From NCBI GenBank assembly GCA_965228895.1, contig OZ245842.1, positions 4,224,001 to 4,288,000 on the forward strand: 64,000 nt of DNA, in the 5' to 3' direction. This document shows positions 1 through 10,264 of this stretch, in pieces (position 1 is the first letter of the stretch; the number at the start of each line of letters is the position of its first letter). Below the pieces are notes generated by a model. The model was not told the origin of the DNA. It worked only from the letters and a program-made list of their open reading frames with translations, and did not search any database. The position numbers and the translations under genes are program-made. The stretch is from Alphaproteobacteria bacterium (GTDB taxonomy: Bacteria > Pseudomonadota > Alphaproteobacteria > SP197).

Positions 1-116
1 TCGGACATCTGCCATCAGGATTACCGGTCGGTGTTCAAGTACTGGGCGCACGATTTCGCGACCATGATGTTGCAAGTGTGTCCGGATTGATCCAGCAAGC
101 CACGAAGACATTCTAG
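1..116 (+). CDS. Amidase-family protein, C-terminal fragment (cut by window edge)
   Basis: Frame from nt 3 reads GHLPSGLPVGVQVLGARFRDHDVASVSGLIQQATKTF*. GLPVGVQ..G.RF.D is the typical amidase-signature C-terminus. Confidence 0.65.
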   Translation, partial: GHLPSGLPVGVQVLGARFRDHDVASVSGLIQQATKTF

Positions 117-333
117 GGTCTGATCAGACCGCGTTGCACATCTTTCAACACATGCGGAATGTGCAAGCGAGCCACGATGCGCGATCTTGTGACACCACAC
201 GATAGAACGCCGAGAGCCGAAAAAACTCCGGGCCGCGTAACGATAGGTGTGCCGAACGCCTTTCAGGGTCATTGGCGGACATGTGCGATGGCTACTCATG
301 AGTCTGCTTTGGCTCGAGAAACGAACATGTCGT

Positions 334-361
334 AAATCCCATAATCTGCATTATGGGAAAT
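334..361 (+). other. dif-like XerC/XerD recombination site, copy 1
   Basis: AAATCCCATAA-TCTGCA-TTATGGGAAAT: 11-6-11 layout with a CATAA/TTATG core. It is followed by TGGTGGTGCGGGCAGT, as in copy 2. Confidence 0.65.
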
Positions 362-748
362 GGTGGTGCGGGCAGTTCCCCAAATTCCGAGTCACTTGTT
401 CTAGCTCTCAAGGTCTCTTCAGTTAATCAACAGCAGAGCCCCTACGCGACGGGGAAGGGAACTTTTTCTACGGAACGGGAAATCACCATGAACATCATGG
501 CAATGCAACTTGGCGATAGCCAGATAGATTTGATCTATTCTCCGTCGCGATTGTGAACGATACGGGGATTGGTTGACGGACCCAGACGGTCTGCGAACTC
601 GATAGTATGAGGCGCCCTGGCAAACTCATCATGAGTATCGGATGCGAGGTGATGTGAATAAGGCGGAGTGTTGTGAGGCCCAGGCGTCTTCGCTAAAAGC
701 GCGCGTAAAGTTTCGCGCCACGCACTCGAGTCTGCGTCAAAGCCCGTT

Positions 749-2083
749 CTAATCCCGAAATGATCGGCTCAGTCCTGCGACAAGGGGATCAAGCATATAG
801 GCGAGCGCCGTCTGCTCGCCGGTAAGGATCATGACTTCCGCTGGCATGCCCGGCATCAGGTCGACGTCGCCCAGTTTTTCGAGTTCGTTTTGAGCAATCC
901 TGACGCGCGCCTCGTAATAAGGTTCCCCCGTTTGCTGATCCGTCAGCCGGTCGGCGGACAGGCCGATGACCTCGCCGTGAAGAACAGGCGTCTCGCGTTG
1001 GTTTAGGCCGGAAAATCTGACCTCGGCGTTTAGGCCGATTGACGTGTTCTCGATATCATCGGGCCGCACGCGTGCCTTCACGATCAATGCGTCGCCGGCA
1101 GGCACAATGTTCATGATCGGCTCGCTTGGCTTGATGACGCCACCAACGGTATGGGCGTTCATGCCAAGCACCGTTCCGTCTTCCGGCGCGACGATGTCAA
1201 CGCGCTCGAACTGATCCGCCGCCGCCACCCGACGCTGCTCCAGATCGAAGATCTCCGCTTGAACGTCGCGCAACTCGGCGACAACCTGCTCTTGAAAACC
1301 CTTCTCAAGCTGAATGATCTGCAGTTCGGACTCCCCGATCGCGGTTCTGGCGCGCGCGATGGCCGCCAGATCCTCACCGCGTTCACCGCGCAGGCGTTCG
1401 GACTCGCGTTCCAGCGACAGGATACGCGACCGGGTCACATACCCTTCTTCATAAAGCGCGCGCAGACCCTCCAGTTCATCTTCGATCAGCACGATCTGTT
1501 CATTGCTGGCGGATTGCTGAACCTCCAGGCCGCCGATCTCGTCGTGAAGCTGTTCGATGCGTTGACGCAGAATCGCGGCCTCGCCGCTCAGGTTGGCGCG
1601 CCGGGCCTGGAAAAGAAGCTCCTGGCCGTCAAGGATCGTACCGACATCGGGGTCGCTGTCACGAACGTCCAGCAGGTCTTTGGGGAAGGTGATGGTCTCA
1701 AGGCCATCGCGTTCAGCGAGCAGGCGCGCCTCCGTCGCCTGCGCCAGATTGAGCTGGCTGTCGATAATCTGCAGCGAAGCTTCGGACCGCGTAGCGTCGA
1801 GTCTGAGGACGACGTCGCCCTGTTCGACGTGATCGCCGTCGCTCACCAGGATCTCATCGACGATGCCGCCTTCCAGGTGTTGGATGGTTCGCCAGTTGCT
1901 GTTGACCGCGATGACGCCAGGTGCGATCGCGGCGCTGCTCAGCTCGGCCGTTGCCGCCCATGTACCTAAACCGCCGAACATCGCCAGAACGATGACGATG
2001 CCGGTGACAGCGATCGGTTTTATGTGGACCTTCGGCTCGGACGGTGTCGCGCCACCGTGGGCGAAGGCAAGTGCCTTGTTCAT
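749..2083 (-). CDS. prtE: Type I secretion membrane fusion protein (HlyD/PrtE/AprE family)
   Basis: N-terminal TM, IQHLEGGIV, coiled coil, IVAPEDGTV, LMPGMPAEV. Overlaps the ABC gene by 4 bp. Confidence 0.93.
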   Translation of the reverse strand: MNKALAFAHGGATPSEPKVHIKPIAVTGIVIVLAMFGGLGTWAATAELSSAAIAPGVIAVNSNWRTIQHLEGGIVDEILVSDGDHVEQGDVVLRLDATRSEASLQIIDSQLNLAQATEARLLAERDGLETITFPKDLLDVRDSDPDVGTILDGQELLFQARRANLSGEAAILRQRIEQLHDEIGGLEVQQSASNEQIVLIEDELEGLRALYEEGYVTRSRILSLERESERLRGERGEDLAAIARARTAIGESELQIIQLEKGFQEQVVAELRDVQAEIFDLEQRRVAAADQFERVDIVAPEDGTVLGMNAHTVGGVIKPSEPIMNIVPAGDALIVKARVRPDDIENTSIGLNAEVRFSGLNQRETPVLHGEVIGLSADRLTDQQTGEPYYEARVRIAQNELEKLGDVDLMPGMPAEVMILTGEQTALAYMLDPLVAGLSRSFRD

Positions 2084-3789
2084 GATGCCGTCCTCAAACG
2101 TGGATTGTCGGTTGGCCGTGCAAGCACCTGCTCCAGGATTGCTTCTTTGTTGCCGAAGGCCTCGATCTGGCCGTTCCGCAAGACGATCAGCTTGTCGACG
2201 GACGCGATCGCGCTGCGCCGGTGGGTCATGACGACAACCGTCTTGCCGAGCTCTTTCATGGCGCGTGTCGCGAGGCCCAGCGCCCGATCGCCTTCCGCAT
2301 CAAGACTGGCATTCGGCTCGTCGAGCACGATCAGCGGCGGCTCCTTATAGAGGGCGCGCGCCAATGCTATGCGTTGGCGTTGACCGCCCGAAAGGCTGCG
2401 TCCGCCTTCGCCGACGACCGTATCGTACCCGTCGGGCAAGCGCAGGATCATGTCGTGAACGCTCGCCAGGCGTGCGGCCGTTACGATGGCTTCCGGCGAC
2501 GCATCGTCGACGAACCGCGATATGTTCTCGCCGACCGTGCCGTCGAACAGATCAACGTCCTGCGGCAGGTAGCCTATATGGCGCCCCAGATCTTCGGGAT
2601 CGTAGTTCTCCAGTTCTGCGCCATCGAGCCTGACGCTGCCGTCATAGGGCCGCCACACGCCAACCAACAAACGCGCCAGGCTGGACTTGCCAGCGCCCGT
2701 CGGACCGATGACACCGACCACATCACCGGGGTCGAGGACAAAGCTGATGCGCTTCAGCGACGGTTCCGTTCCACCGGGCGGCACCACAATGGCCTGCTCA
2801 ACGGAGATCAGGCCACGCGGTGCTGGCAGGCTCATCCGTTCCATGCCGGCCCGCCTGCCGTCCATCAGATTTTGCAGCCGGCGATAGGCATGGCGCGCCG
2901 ACACGACCGTGCGCCAATTGCCGATGGCCTGTTCGACGGGCTGTAACGCGCGCGCCAGGATGATGGATGCCGCGATCATGACACCGGGCGTGATGATCTG
3001 ATCGATAGCAAGAAACGCGCCGACGCCCAGCATGGCTATCTGGATAACCAGACGAACCGCTTTCGAGATCGCACTGATGGTGCCGCCGCGGTCGCTGGCT
3101 TCGCCTTGCAAGATCAGCGATGCCCTGTGTTTCCTACGCCAGCGCCGCTCCAGTGCCGGCAGCATGCCCATCGCTTGAATGGCGTCGGCGTTGCGCAGGC
3201 TGGACTGGGCGAAGACCGCGGCTTCGGCGGCATGACGATTGGCTTCGTCCAGCGGCGATCGGGTCCTTTGCTCGTTGGCCAGCGCCAGCGCAGCCAGGAC
3301 CACCGCGCCCGCCACGGCAACGAAACCGAGCAACGGATGAAACAGGAAGATCACCGCGATAAAGACAGGCGTCCATGGCGCATCGAACAGAGCAAACGGT
3401 GCGGTGCCGGTCAGGAAATGGCGCAGGGTTTCGAGGTCGCGCAGCGCCTGGCCGCGGTCGATCCGCGCCGCACCGAGGCTGCGTTCGAATGTCGCCTGAA
3501 AGACATGGCTGCTGAGCTGTTCGTCAAGGCGCGTTCCGACCCGCACCAGGATGCGGCTGCGGATAACCTCCAGGCCGGCCATGACGGCGATCATGCCGAT
3601 CGCCAGGATCGTCAGGGCGACCAGCGTCGACTGGCTGCCGCTTGCCAAGACCCGGTCATAGATCTGCAGCATGTAGAGCGGTGCGGTCAGCATCAGCAGG
3701 TTGATGAAGAAACTGAAGAAACCGATGAGGCCAAATGACCGGCGCATACGGCGCACGGTCTCTTCCAACAAGTTTGGATCTTTTTCCAT
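2080..3789 (-). CDS. prtD: Type I secretion ABC permease/ATPase (PrtD/AprD family)
   Basis: NLLMLTAPLYMLQIYDRVL, FDAPW, Walker A GPTGAGKS, LSGGQRQR, LDEPNASLD. Confidence 0.95.
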   Translation of the reverse strand: MEKDPNLLEETVRRMRRSFGLIGFFSFFINLLMLTAPLYMLQIYDRVLASGSQSTLVALTILAIGMIAVMAGLEVIRSRILVRVGTRLDEQLSSHVFQATFERSLGAARIDRGQALRDLETLRHFLTGTAPFALFDAPWTPVFIAVIFLFHPLLGFVAVAGAVVLAALALANEQRTRSPLDEANRHAAEAAVFAQSSLRNADAIQAMGMLPALERRWRRKHRASLILQGEASDRGGTISAISKAVRLVIQIAMLGVGAFLAIDQIITPGVMIAASIILARALQPVEQAIGNWRTVVSARHAYRRLQNLMDGRRAGMERMSLPAPRGLISVEQAIVVPPGGTEPSLKRISFVLDPGDVVGVIGPTGAGKSSLARLLVGVWRPYDGSVRLDGAELENYDPEDLGRHIGYLPQDVDLFDGTVGENISRFVDDASPEAIVTAARLASVHDMILRLPDGYDTVVGEGGRSLSGGQRQRIALARALYKEPPLIVLDEPNASLDAEGDRALGLATRAMKELGKTVVVMTHRRSAIASVDKLIVLRNGQIEAFGNKEAILEQVLARPTDNPRLRTAS

Positions 3790-3931
3790 ACGATCTCTCT
3801 TTCGTCTTCATCGTGTCGACGACGGATCCCCACGCGCCATCGACTGTTTGAGTTTTCTGGATAAGGCCTTGGTCACACCAACGGACGCGCGGGCATCACA
3901 TCGTGACACCCGCGCAGCCGTCGAAACCAAA

Positions 3932-6130
3932 CTACGAGAGCCAGCCGTCGAAACCGAGTTCGGTAAGCTGGTCAACAACACCGCCTGAACCGTCCAGGAC
4001 ATTGTTGTAGGCAGCCGCGGTAAGGTTATCGGCGGTCAAGTCTTCGGCCTGAACATCCTCCAGGACGTAGCGGCGACCGCCGTTGTTGAGGACCTCGATA
4101 ACCAGGTCATCGCCATTCTCGGTAATGCCGATCTGGGATGGCGCAAGATGACCGAAATCGATGACATCGGCGGCAGGGTCGAAGTCGTCGATGACCTCCT
4201 CGACACCCCACTTCCAGGTAATCGCGACGGTTTCTGCGTCGCCGGTGCCTGGATCGCCTGAACCAGGATCACCGGCGCCCGGATCACCTGTACCAGGGTC
4301 ACCGGTACCGGGGTCACCCGTACCGGGATCGCCGGTTCCCGGATCCTGCCCGCCGGTGTCACCGTCGTCGCCGATCAACGCAAAAACCTCAGTCTGGGCG
4401 GTGCTGTCGAGAATGGTGAAGTTCGACGGCGACAGATCCGCAAGGGCAACGTCCTCAAGCGTCGTGGTCTGGTTGTTTGACGGCACGGCGAAGATGGTGC
4501 TGCCGTTGACCTCGCTCACTGCAAGCTGGTCGGCACCGATCCAGTCGATGAAGACGGTATCGTTGGCCGGATCGAAGTCGCTGACCACGGCGTTCTGTCC
4601 CCAGCTCCACGTAACGACCACGGTCTGGGGATCGGCTGTTCCGGGGTCACCTGTGCCGGGGTCACCTGTGCCGGGGTCGCCGGTGCCCGGATCGCCGGCG
4701 CCGTCACCAATCAATGCGTAGACTTCAGCTTGGGCGGTGCTGTCGAGGATGTCGAAGTTGGCGGGCGACAGGTCCGCGAGCGTCACCCCTTCAAGCGTTG
4801 TCGTCTGGTTGTTCGACACCACCGAGAACACGACGTTGCCATTGATCTCACTGACGTCGAGCTGCTCGGCGCTGATCCAGTCGATGAATACGGTATCGTT
4901 CGCCGGATCGAAGTCGCTGACCACGGCCTGCTGACCCCACGCCCAGGTGATGACAACCGTCTGACCGTTGCCTGTGCCAGGGTCGCCGGTGCCAGGGTCG
5001 CCCGTGCCGGGATCGCCGGTGCCGGGATCGCCGGTGCCAGGGTCGCCCGTGCCCGGATCACCTGTACCGGGATCGCCTGTGCCGGGATCGCCGCTGCCGA
5101 TCAGTGCGAACACCTCTGCTGCAGCGCTCAGGTCAAGCACCGTGAAGTTCGCGGTCGTCAGGTCCGCCAGCGCGACACCTTGCAGTGTCGTCGTCTGGTT
5201 GTTGGACGGCACCGCGAAGACAATGTTACCGTCGACTTCTCGCACCTCAAGCTGATCGGCGGTGATCCAATCGATGAAGATGGTGTCGCTCGCCGGGTCA
5301 AAGCCGGTGATGACGTTGTCCTGGCCCCAAGTCCAGGTGACGACGACATCGGCGGTTTCGGCCGTCACGTCGGCCAGTCCGGTACCGTCACCTGTGCCGG
5401 GCGCACCCAGGCCTTCGTCGCCGGTCAACCGGGCTTCGAAGTAAGCGATCATCTCGTCGACGGTGGGCGTGTCGAAGTCGCCGAACTGGGCGACATACTG
5501 CAGGATCGATGTGCCGTATTCGTCAGCGCCGACAGTCCCATCCAGCAGCAGGTTGGCGACGCCATCGAAGCCACGCAGATGGGCAGCGGCCAGAATGCCG
5601 CTCAAGGTCAGCGTGACCTCGACCACCTGGCCGTTGTCGATGTAACTGCGTGTCGTGCCGACATAGTCATCGAGGCTGGCGCCGCCGGCGGCGAGCAGCT
5701 CTTCGATCAGGCCAAGGTTGAAGCCGAACGCCTCCTGAATGGCGACGTCCTGGGCGCCCTTGGTCATGAAGTCTTCAAGTGAGTTAACGCCGTTCTTCCC
5801 GGTCCAGGTGCCGTCCCAGGTAATCTCCGTGGCGCCGTTACCGTAGTAGAAGTCGTCGTCGTAGTAGCCGAGGTCGATCAGCAGAGCTTCGCCGAACTGA
5901 TAACCGACAAAACCCAGACTGTTCATCGAGCGGTAGGACATCGCATCCCATTCCGCATCGCTCAGGTCTCCCCAGCTTGAATACTGCGGAAAGAAGTCCT
6001 GGACCGTTCCGCCGGCCCATTGATCGAGCTGCCAGTCTTGGATTTCACCCGTTTCGTATCGTGGGCGATCCCATCCGGATTCAAACGCCCGTAACGCATT
6101 GAGAAAGTCGTCAAATGTGCCTGCACTCAT
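3932..6130 (-). CDS. Acidic, probably T1SS-secreted protein: lysozyme-like N-terminal domain, four ~75-aa TWxWG repeat domains, (GDPGT)n linkers
   Basis: FLNALRAFESG...GFVGYQFGEALLIDLGY...LAAAHLRG resembles the lysozyme/SLT fold. Repeats VTWxWGQ..V..FDP..D.IFIDW. No signal peptide. Directly upstream of the T1SS genes. Confidence 0.75.
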   Translation of the reverse strand: MSAGTFDDFLNALRAFESGWDRPRYETGEIQDWQLDQWAGGTVQDFFPQYSSWGDLSDAEWDAMSYRSMNSLGFVGYQFGEALLIDLGYYDDDFYYGNGATEITWDGTWTGKNGVNSLEDFMTKGAQDVAIQEAFGFNLGLIEELLAAGGASLDDYVGTTRSYIDNGQVVEVTLTLSGILAAAHLRGFDGVANLLLDGTVGADEYGTSILQYVAQFGDFDTPTVDEMIAYFEARLTGDEGLGAPGTGDGTGLADVTAETADVVVTWTWGQDNVITGFDPASDTIFIDWITADQLEVREVDGNIVFAVPSNNQTTTLQGVALADLTTANFTVLDLSAAAEVFALIGSGDPGTGDPGTGDPGTGDPGTGDPGTGDPGTGDPGTGDPGTGNGQTVVITWAWGQQAVVSDFDPANDTVFIDWISAEQLDVSEINGNVVFSVVSNNQTTTLEGVTLADLSPANFDILDSTAQAEVYALIGDGAGDPGTGDPGTGDPGTGDPGTADPQTVVVTWSWGQNAVVSDFDPANDTVFIDWIGADQLAVSEVNGSTIFAVPSNNQTTTLEDVALADLSPSNFTILDSTAQTEVFALIGDDGDTGGQDPGTGDPGTGDPGTGDPGTGDPGAGDPGSGDPGTGDAETVAITWKWGVEEVIDDFDPAADVIDFGHLAPSQIGITENGDDLVIEVLNNGGRRYVLEDVQAEDLTADNLTAAAYNNVLDGSGGVVDQLTELGFDGWLS
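4237..4346 (-). repeat. 15-bp coding tandem repeat, about 7 GDPG(T/A/S) units
   Basis: Protein QDPGTGDPGTGDPGTGDPGTGDPGAGDPGSGDPGTGD. Confidence 0.85.
4628..4700 (-). repeat. 15-bp coding tandem repeat, about 4 GDPGT units
   Basis: Protein GAGDPGTGDPGTGDPGTGDPGTADP. Confidence 0.85.
4970..5095 (-). repeat. 15-bp coding tandem repeat, 8 GDPGT units
   Basis: gccggtgccgggatc-type units with synonymous variation. Confidence 0.9.
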
Positions 6131-7009
6131 GGCGGGCCTCCTGTCGGTATTTGTGTTTTTATGTAGGTCGGCCGTTCAGCCGAGATCCCCCGTGGTACCC
6201 GGAGGTGTGTCCAAAAAATCTAGTCGATGGTCTCTCCTGCGTTGTAGGACTGGGAATGGTTAACCTTTTGCCCGGCGCGCAACGCGTCGGATGTCGTGGC
6301 AGTTGAAGCGCTGTTGTGGATTCGGAATCGCTTGATGCGATGAACGACCGGACGACCTAAACCGGATGGGACGGCGCCCGGAACATCAGTCGTCCTTATG
6401 ACCCGAGGACTGGCATTTCTTGCGCCAATGATGCTGGGCTTGATAAGCACGTCAGACGGCGACTGCGCCGGCATTGTGGGCTTTACTGACGTCAAACTTG
6501 CGCGAACGTCATCGTCAGGGATCTTCGACATTACGGCAACGGTTCCAAAGCAGCGTGTCCTTATTGTGACGCCGCATGCAATTCGTTAACCGCTCTCCCT
6601 CCGATACGGCGCTTCGAACTCACACGTAGACAACGCTCGTACGTAGGTTCTCTTGGGAACCCTACGCGGCAAAAGTGTTAACGCAAGGTGATCGCTGGCG
6701 TTGCGGTCAGCCGTTAGGAGCATGAGACCGACATGCCGTTCGCGTACGGCGACGCAGACGGGCGCGACGAGAGGTGTCACTTTGGGCGGAACCGCCCGTA
6801 GATTTTCGTGATGGGAGGTGCACGGACGTACACCTCCGCGCGTCCATGCGTCAGTTCTCGTCATGTGGCTCTTGCATGCCGCAACAGCGTCGGTGCGTCC
6901 GTGAAGGTGCACGCCGACGAGGCAGCACCGGCTGATAGCTTTGCGGTCTAAGAGGCGGTCGCGACGCGCCGGTTACACGGACCCCATACGTCGACGACCG
7001 CCCCTATCG

Positions 7010-8539
7010 TTAATCGCCTTCCACTTCCAGCGGGGCGCCGCCGGCACCAGGTGCGCCGAACGTCAGGGTGTTGTCGACATAGGCGCGCATTGCTTCCGCC
7101 CACTTGGTCAGCGTGTCGCAGATTTCTGGCTTGTCGGCGACATCGACTGTACACCGCAACGAACTGAAGTTGGTCAGGCTCATGGCCATCTGCAGCGAAT
7201 AGTCGGCCGAATAGAGCTGACTGTCGCTAAACACCGTTCCCGCCTGGACGTTGCGGTAAAAGGACATCTGGAAGTCCTGATGCGTTGCCACTGAATCGGC
7301 CGTCGTTATGCCCAACACCGGCGCGAGCGTAGATGCCGCAGGCTCAATTGCCGTCGCCGGGAAGCCGGCTGTCTGATGACACCCCATACAGGCAGCCTGC
7401 GGATTGTCGACCGGGCCAGCAAGACGACCTCCATAGCCCAGATGGTCGAGGCTCAACTCGTTTGCCGTCAGCTCCTTCAAGGCATCCATGTTGATCCACT
7501 GCTGCGTGAGTTTCGACTCATCGCAGTTACCGTCCGCATCACACGAATCGGCATAGGTGACACTCGGATCGCTGCCCCACTGGAGGCCGAGGGTAACCAT
7601 ACGATCCCACGGCGTCTCTCCGTCTCTTGTGCCGTCATAGGCGAAGGTCCCGAACAGCCAGCCGGTCAGACTGCGGTCGTCACGAACGGCCACGTCGATC
7701 TGCAGCATGCGCACCGGCTGAACCTCGCGGTCGTACTTCGACAGCGGTCCTTCGTTTCTGACTTCCGGGTTTTGCTCGACGTATCTGTCGGCTTGCCACA
7801 CGAGCGAGTTGACCATGGTCGGTAACTGTTCATCTTGGACCGTCGAGAATAGCAGTTTGATGATGTAGGACCCGTCGGGGAAGTTGTTCAGCCCGGTGGG
7901 ATCTGGATTGAGTGCCGAGGGATCGGGCGAATCCGGATCGCAATAGACCTGTCCGATAGCGAAGCCGCCTCGGTCGTTATAGTACGCGCCCGACCACGTA
8001 TCGACGAACTTGCCCTGGATTGTTGAGAACGTCTTGGGGAATGAGTCGAATTCGTGGGTCAGGCCGTGCACAAACTCTCGCCCGTCGGTGCCCGGCCAAT
8101 CGCCGGCCACCTCCGTATTCCAGTCCATCCACGGCATCGAGTACCAGTCCCGTACCGTGTTGTCCTCGACATAGAAGTCGACCTCGATGTTGCCTTCGAC
8201 GCCATACGCCAACAACGCCTCAAGATAGGCCTTCGGGTCCGTCGGACCGCCATTTTCGAACTCGATCGCGAGCCAGGGATAATCCTCCATCGGAGGAAGC
8301 TGATCGGGATAGTCCTGGCTAAGCTTGAAAACCCGCCCGGTGTAGTCGTCCGGCGGGTCGCCGCCTTCGCCCTGCAGATAGTAGTCCTTGAACATGCCGC
8401 GCACGCAGTCCTGCTTGGCATGGGCGTTGCGGACATCGTCCGACGAAGCCGCAGCAAGATCGGCACCAGCGAGAGCAAACGCGCCAGCGACAAAAACGGA
8501 TAACCCCAAGGCAAGCTTGGTCGCGTCTTTCTTGCTCAC
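7010..8539 (-). CDS. Exported 509-aa protein with one C-terminal heme-c motif (possibly cytochrome P460-like)
   Basis: Signal peptide, FPDGSYIIK, ACMGCHQ (CxxCH). Co-directional with the MCO gene, 33 bp away. Confidence 0.6.
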   Translation of the reverse strand: MSKKDATKLALGLSVFVAGAFALAGADLAAASSDDVRNAHAKQDCVRGMFKDYYLQGEGGDPPDDYTGRVFKLSQDYPDQLPPMEDYPWLAIEFENGGPTDPKAYLEALLAYGVEGNIEVDFYVEDNTVRDWYSMPWMDWNTEVAGDWPGTDGREFVHGLTHEFDSFPKTFSTIQGKFVDTWSGAYYNDRGGFAIGQVYCDPDSPDPSALNPDPTGLNNFPDGSYIIKLLFSTVQDEQLPTMVNSLVWQADRYVEQNPEVRNEGPLSKYDREVQPVRMLQIDVAVRDDRSLTGWLFGTFAYDGTRDGETPWDRMVTLGLQWGSDPSVTYADSCDADGNCDESKLTQQWINMDALKELTANELSLDHLGYGGRLAGPVDNPQAACMGCHQTAGFPATAIEPAASTLAPVLGITTADSVATHQDFQMSFYRNVQAGTVFSDSQLYSADYSLQMAMSLTNFSSLRCTVDVADKPEICDTLTKWAEAMRAYVDNTLTFGAPGAGGAPLEVEGD

Positions 8540-8572
8540 TTCTCACATCTCCTCTTCGTTCGTCTGGTACGG

Positions 8573-10264
8573 CTAGTGGTCTCCGTGGCTTCCCGACGAA
8601 TCGACGATCAGGAAGTTATGCATCATGCCGGTATCCTCGTGCGGCAGGATGTGACAGTGATAGACGGCCTTGCCGACAAACTGCTTGAAGCGCATGCGCA
8701 CTACGACCGTCTTGCCGGCCGGCACCCAGACCGTATCCTGGATCAAGCCGTGTGGTTGCGCGTCATCACCAATCGAGATCACTTCGAACGAGTTCACGTG
8801 GATGTGGAAGGGGTGGCCTTCGAACGCACCGTGATGGGTATCGGCCACCGAAAGGTGCCATTCCTCGACCCCGTTTAGGTCGACGACGGTCGGCACCTCC
8901 CGTTCACTGTAGGGGATGTCGTTGATGACGTAATCGCCACCGACGATCGTGTTGATCAGCGCCGGTGTCCTGCCGCTAAAGACGAACTCGCGAATGCGCT
9001 GGACCTCGTCCGGTTTGATCAAGGGGTATTCGCGTGATGGAAGTGGCAACTCAGTAGGCAGGTCCATGTCTTTTGCCTGACCCGTCACCTCGATTTCGGC
9101 GATCACTTTCTCGCTGCTATCAAGGAACTGTTGATCCTGGGCAAGCTCGCGTATCTGGTAGATACCTGGTGTCGCGTTTGCCTTGATCAGAAATTCCGTT
9201 CGGTTCGCGGACGCAAGGAGGATCTGTCCGTTGGCGCTGTCATACCCCTCAGCCGACACGGTGCGCAGCTCGGGAAAGTTGATACCGTCCATCGCGATGA
9301 GATGCAGGTCATGCCCATCGACAACAAGTGGCATGAGGTTGTCGGAACAGCCGTTGAGCATGAGGAACCGCACCACCTCGCCCGGCGCCACGGTGAACCG
9401 CTGAACCGGAAGCTGGGTCCCAATCGGATTGGTCGATTCATTGGGGGCGTCGTTGTGCGTCTCCTTGAAGAACGGCTCACCGTTAAGCAAGAAGTACCGA
9501 AGCTTGTAGTCGCCGGTCGTGAAACCGCCGCGAAGCGACGTGCGTTCTCCTTTGATCGTCACATAACCGCCTTCGGTCTGCCAAACCGCGTTCTGGACGG
9601 GTTCGTAAGTCCACAGGTCGGGGTCGTCCTCGCTGGGAAACAGGCCGATGTCCTGGACGACCAGCGGAATTGAACGCGCGGCCTTGATTTCTGGGACTTC
9701 GTCCAGGGCTCCTTTAACAATAAGCGGACCGGCCATGCCGCTGACGGCCTGAACCGCTGTCGCGCCATGTTTGTGCGGGTGATACCAGTTGAGCCCGGGC
9801 GGATGGTCCGACGGAATCTCGAAGACATAGTCAAGATGCTCGCCCGGCGGAATCTTGATCATCGGCGCAAGCGGTTCCGATGTGCCCACCGGCACAAACA
9901 GATGCGGTATCACATCCATGCCGTGGAGGTGCAAAGAGGTATGGCCGAGTTCGTGGGGAACGTTATGGTCGCCGTTCCAGTCCGAGGAGTCATACGGCGG
10001 CAGGGCGTTCTTCATCCGAATGCGGAGCGTTTGACCAGGCTCAACCGTGATCGTCGGACCCGGAATCTGACCGTTGTAGGCTCTCAGCCTCACGCGATGA
10101 CCGTCGAGGACGGTTTCCTTGATCGCGCTTTCCAGCACGAACCATTCACCGTCGTCCGGGGTGGTGCTGTCGCTCTCTTGCGCAACGGTCGGCGATTGCA
10201 TGTGGGCCGCGCCAACCGCCGCCGCAACCGAACCACCGACGACCTGCCGACGGGTAAACTTCAC
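8573..10264 (-). CDS. Tat-exported multicopper oxidase
   Basis: TRRQVV twin-arginine signal and four Cu motifs: HLHG, WYHPH, HPFHIH, HCHILPHEDTGMM. Confidence 0.93.
   Translation of the reverse strand: MKFTRRQVVGGSVAAAVGAAHMQSPTVAQESDSTTPDDGEWFVLESAIKETVLDGHRVRLRAYNGQIPGPTITVEPGQTLRIRMKNALPPYDSSDWNGDHNVPHELGHTSLHLHGMDVIPHLFVPVGTSEPLAPMIKIPPGEHLDYVFEIPSDHPPGLNWYHPHKHGATAVQAVSGMAGPLIVKGALDEVPEIKAARSIPLVVQDIGLFPSEDDPDLWTYEPVQNAVWQTEGGYVTIKGERTSLRGGFTTGDYKLRYFLLNGEPFFKETHNDAPNESTNPIGTQLPVQRFTVAPGEVVRFLMLNGCSDNLMPLVVDGHDLHLIAMDGINFPELRTVSAEGYDSANGQILLASANRTEFLIKANATPGIYQIRELAQDQQFLDSSEKVIAEIEVTGQAKDMDLPTELPLPSREYPLIKPDEVQRIREFVFSGRTPALINTIVGGDYVINDIPYSEREVPTVVDLNGVEEWHLSVADTHHGAFEGHPFHIHVNSFEVISIGDDAQPHGLIQDTVWVPAGKTVVVRMRFKQFVGKAVYHCHILPHEDTGMMHNFLIVDSSGSHGDH

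Noticed and set aside
4237-5095. Regular repeats as a CRISPR array
   Set aside because: They are in-frame 15-bp coding repeats with no unique spacers, and there are no cas genes.
6220-6912. ORFs or a riboswitch in the gap upstream of the T1SS substrate
   Set aside because: No recognisable protein or RNA motif by eye. An Rfam search would be needed.
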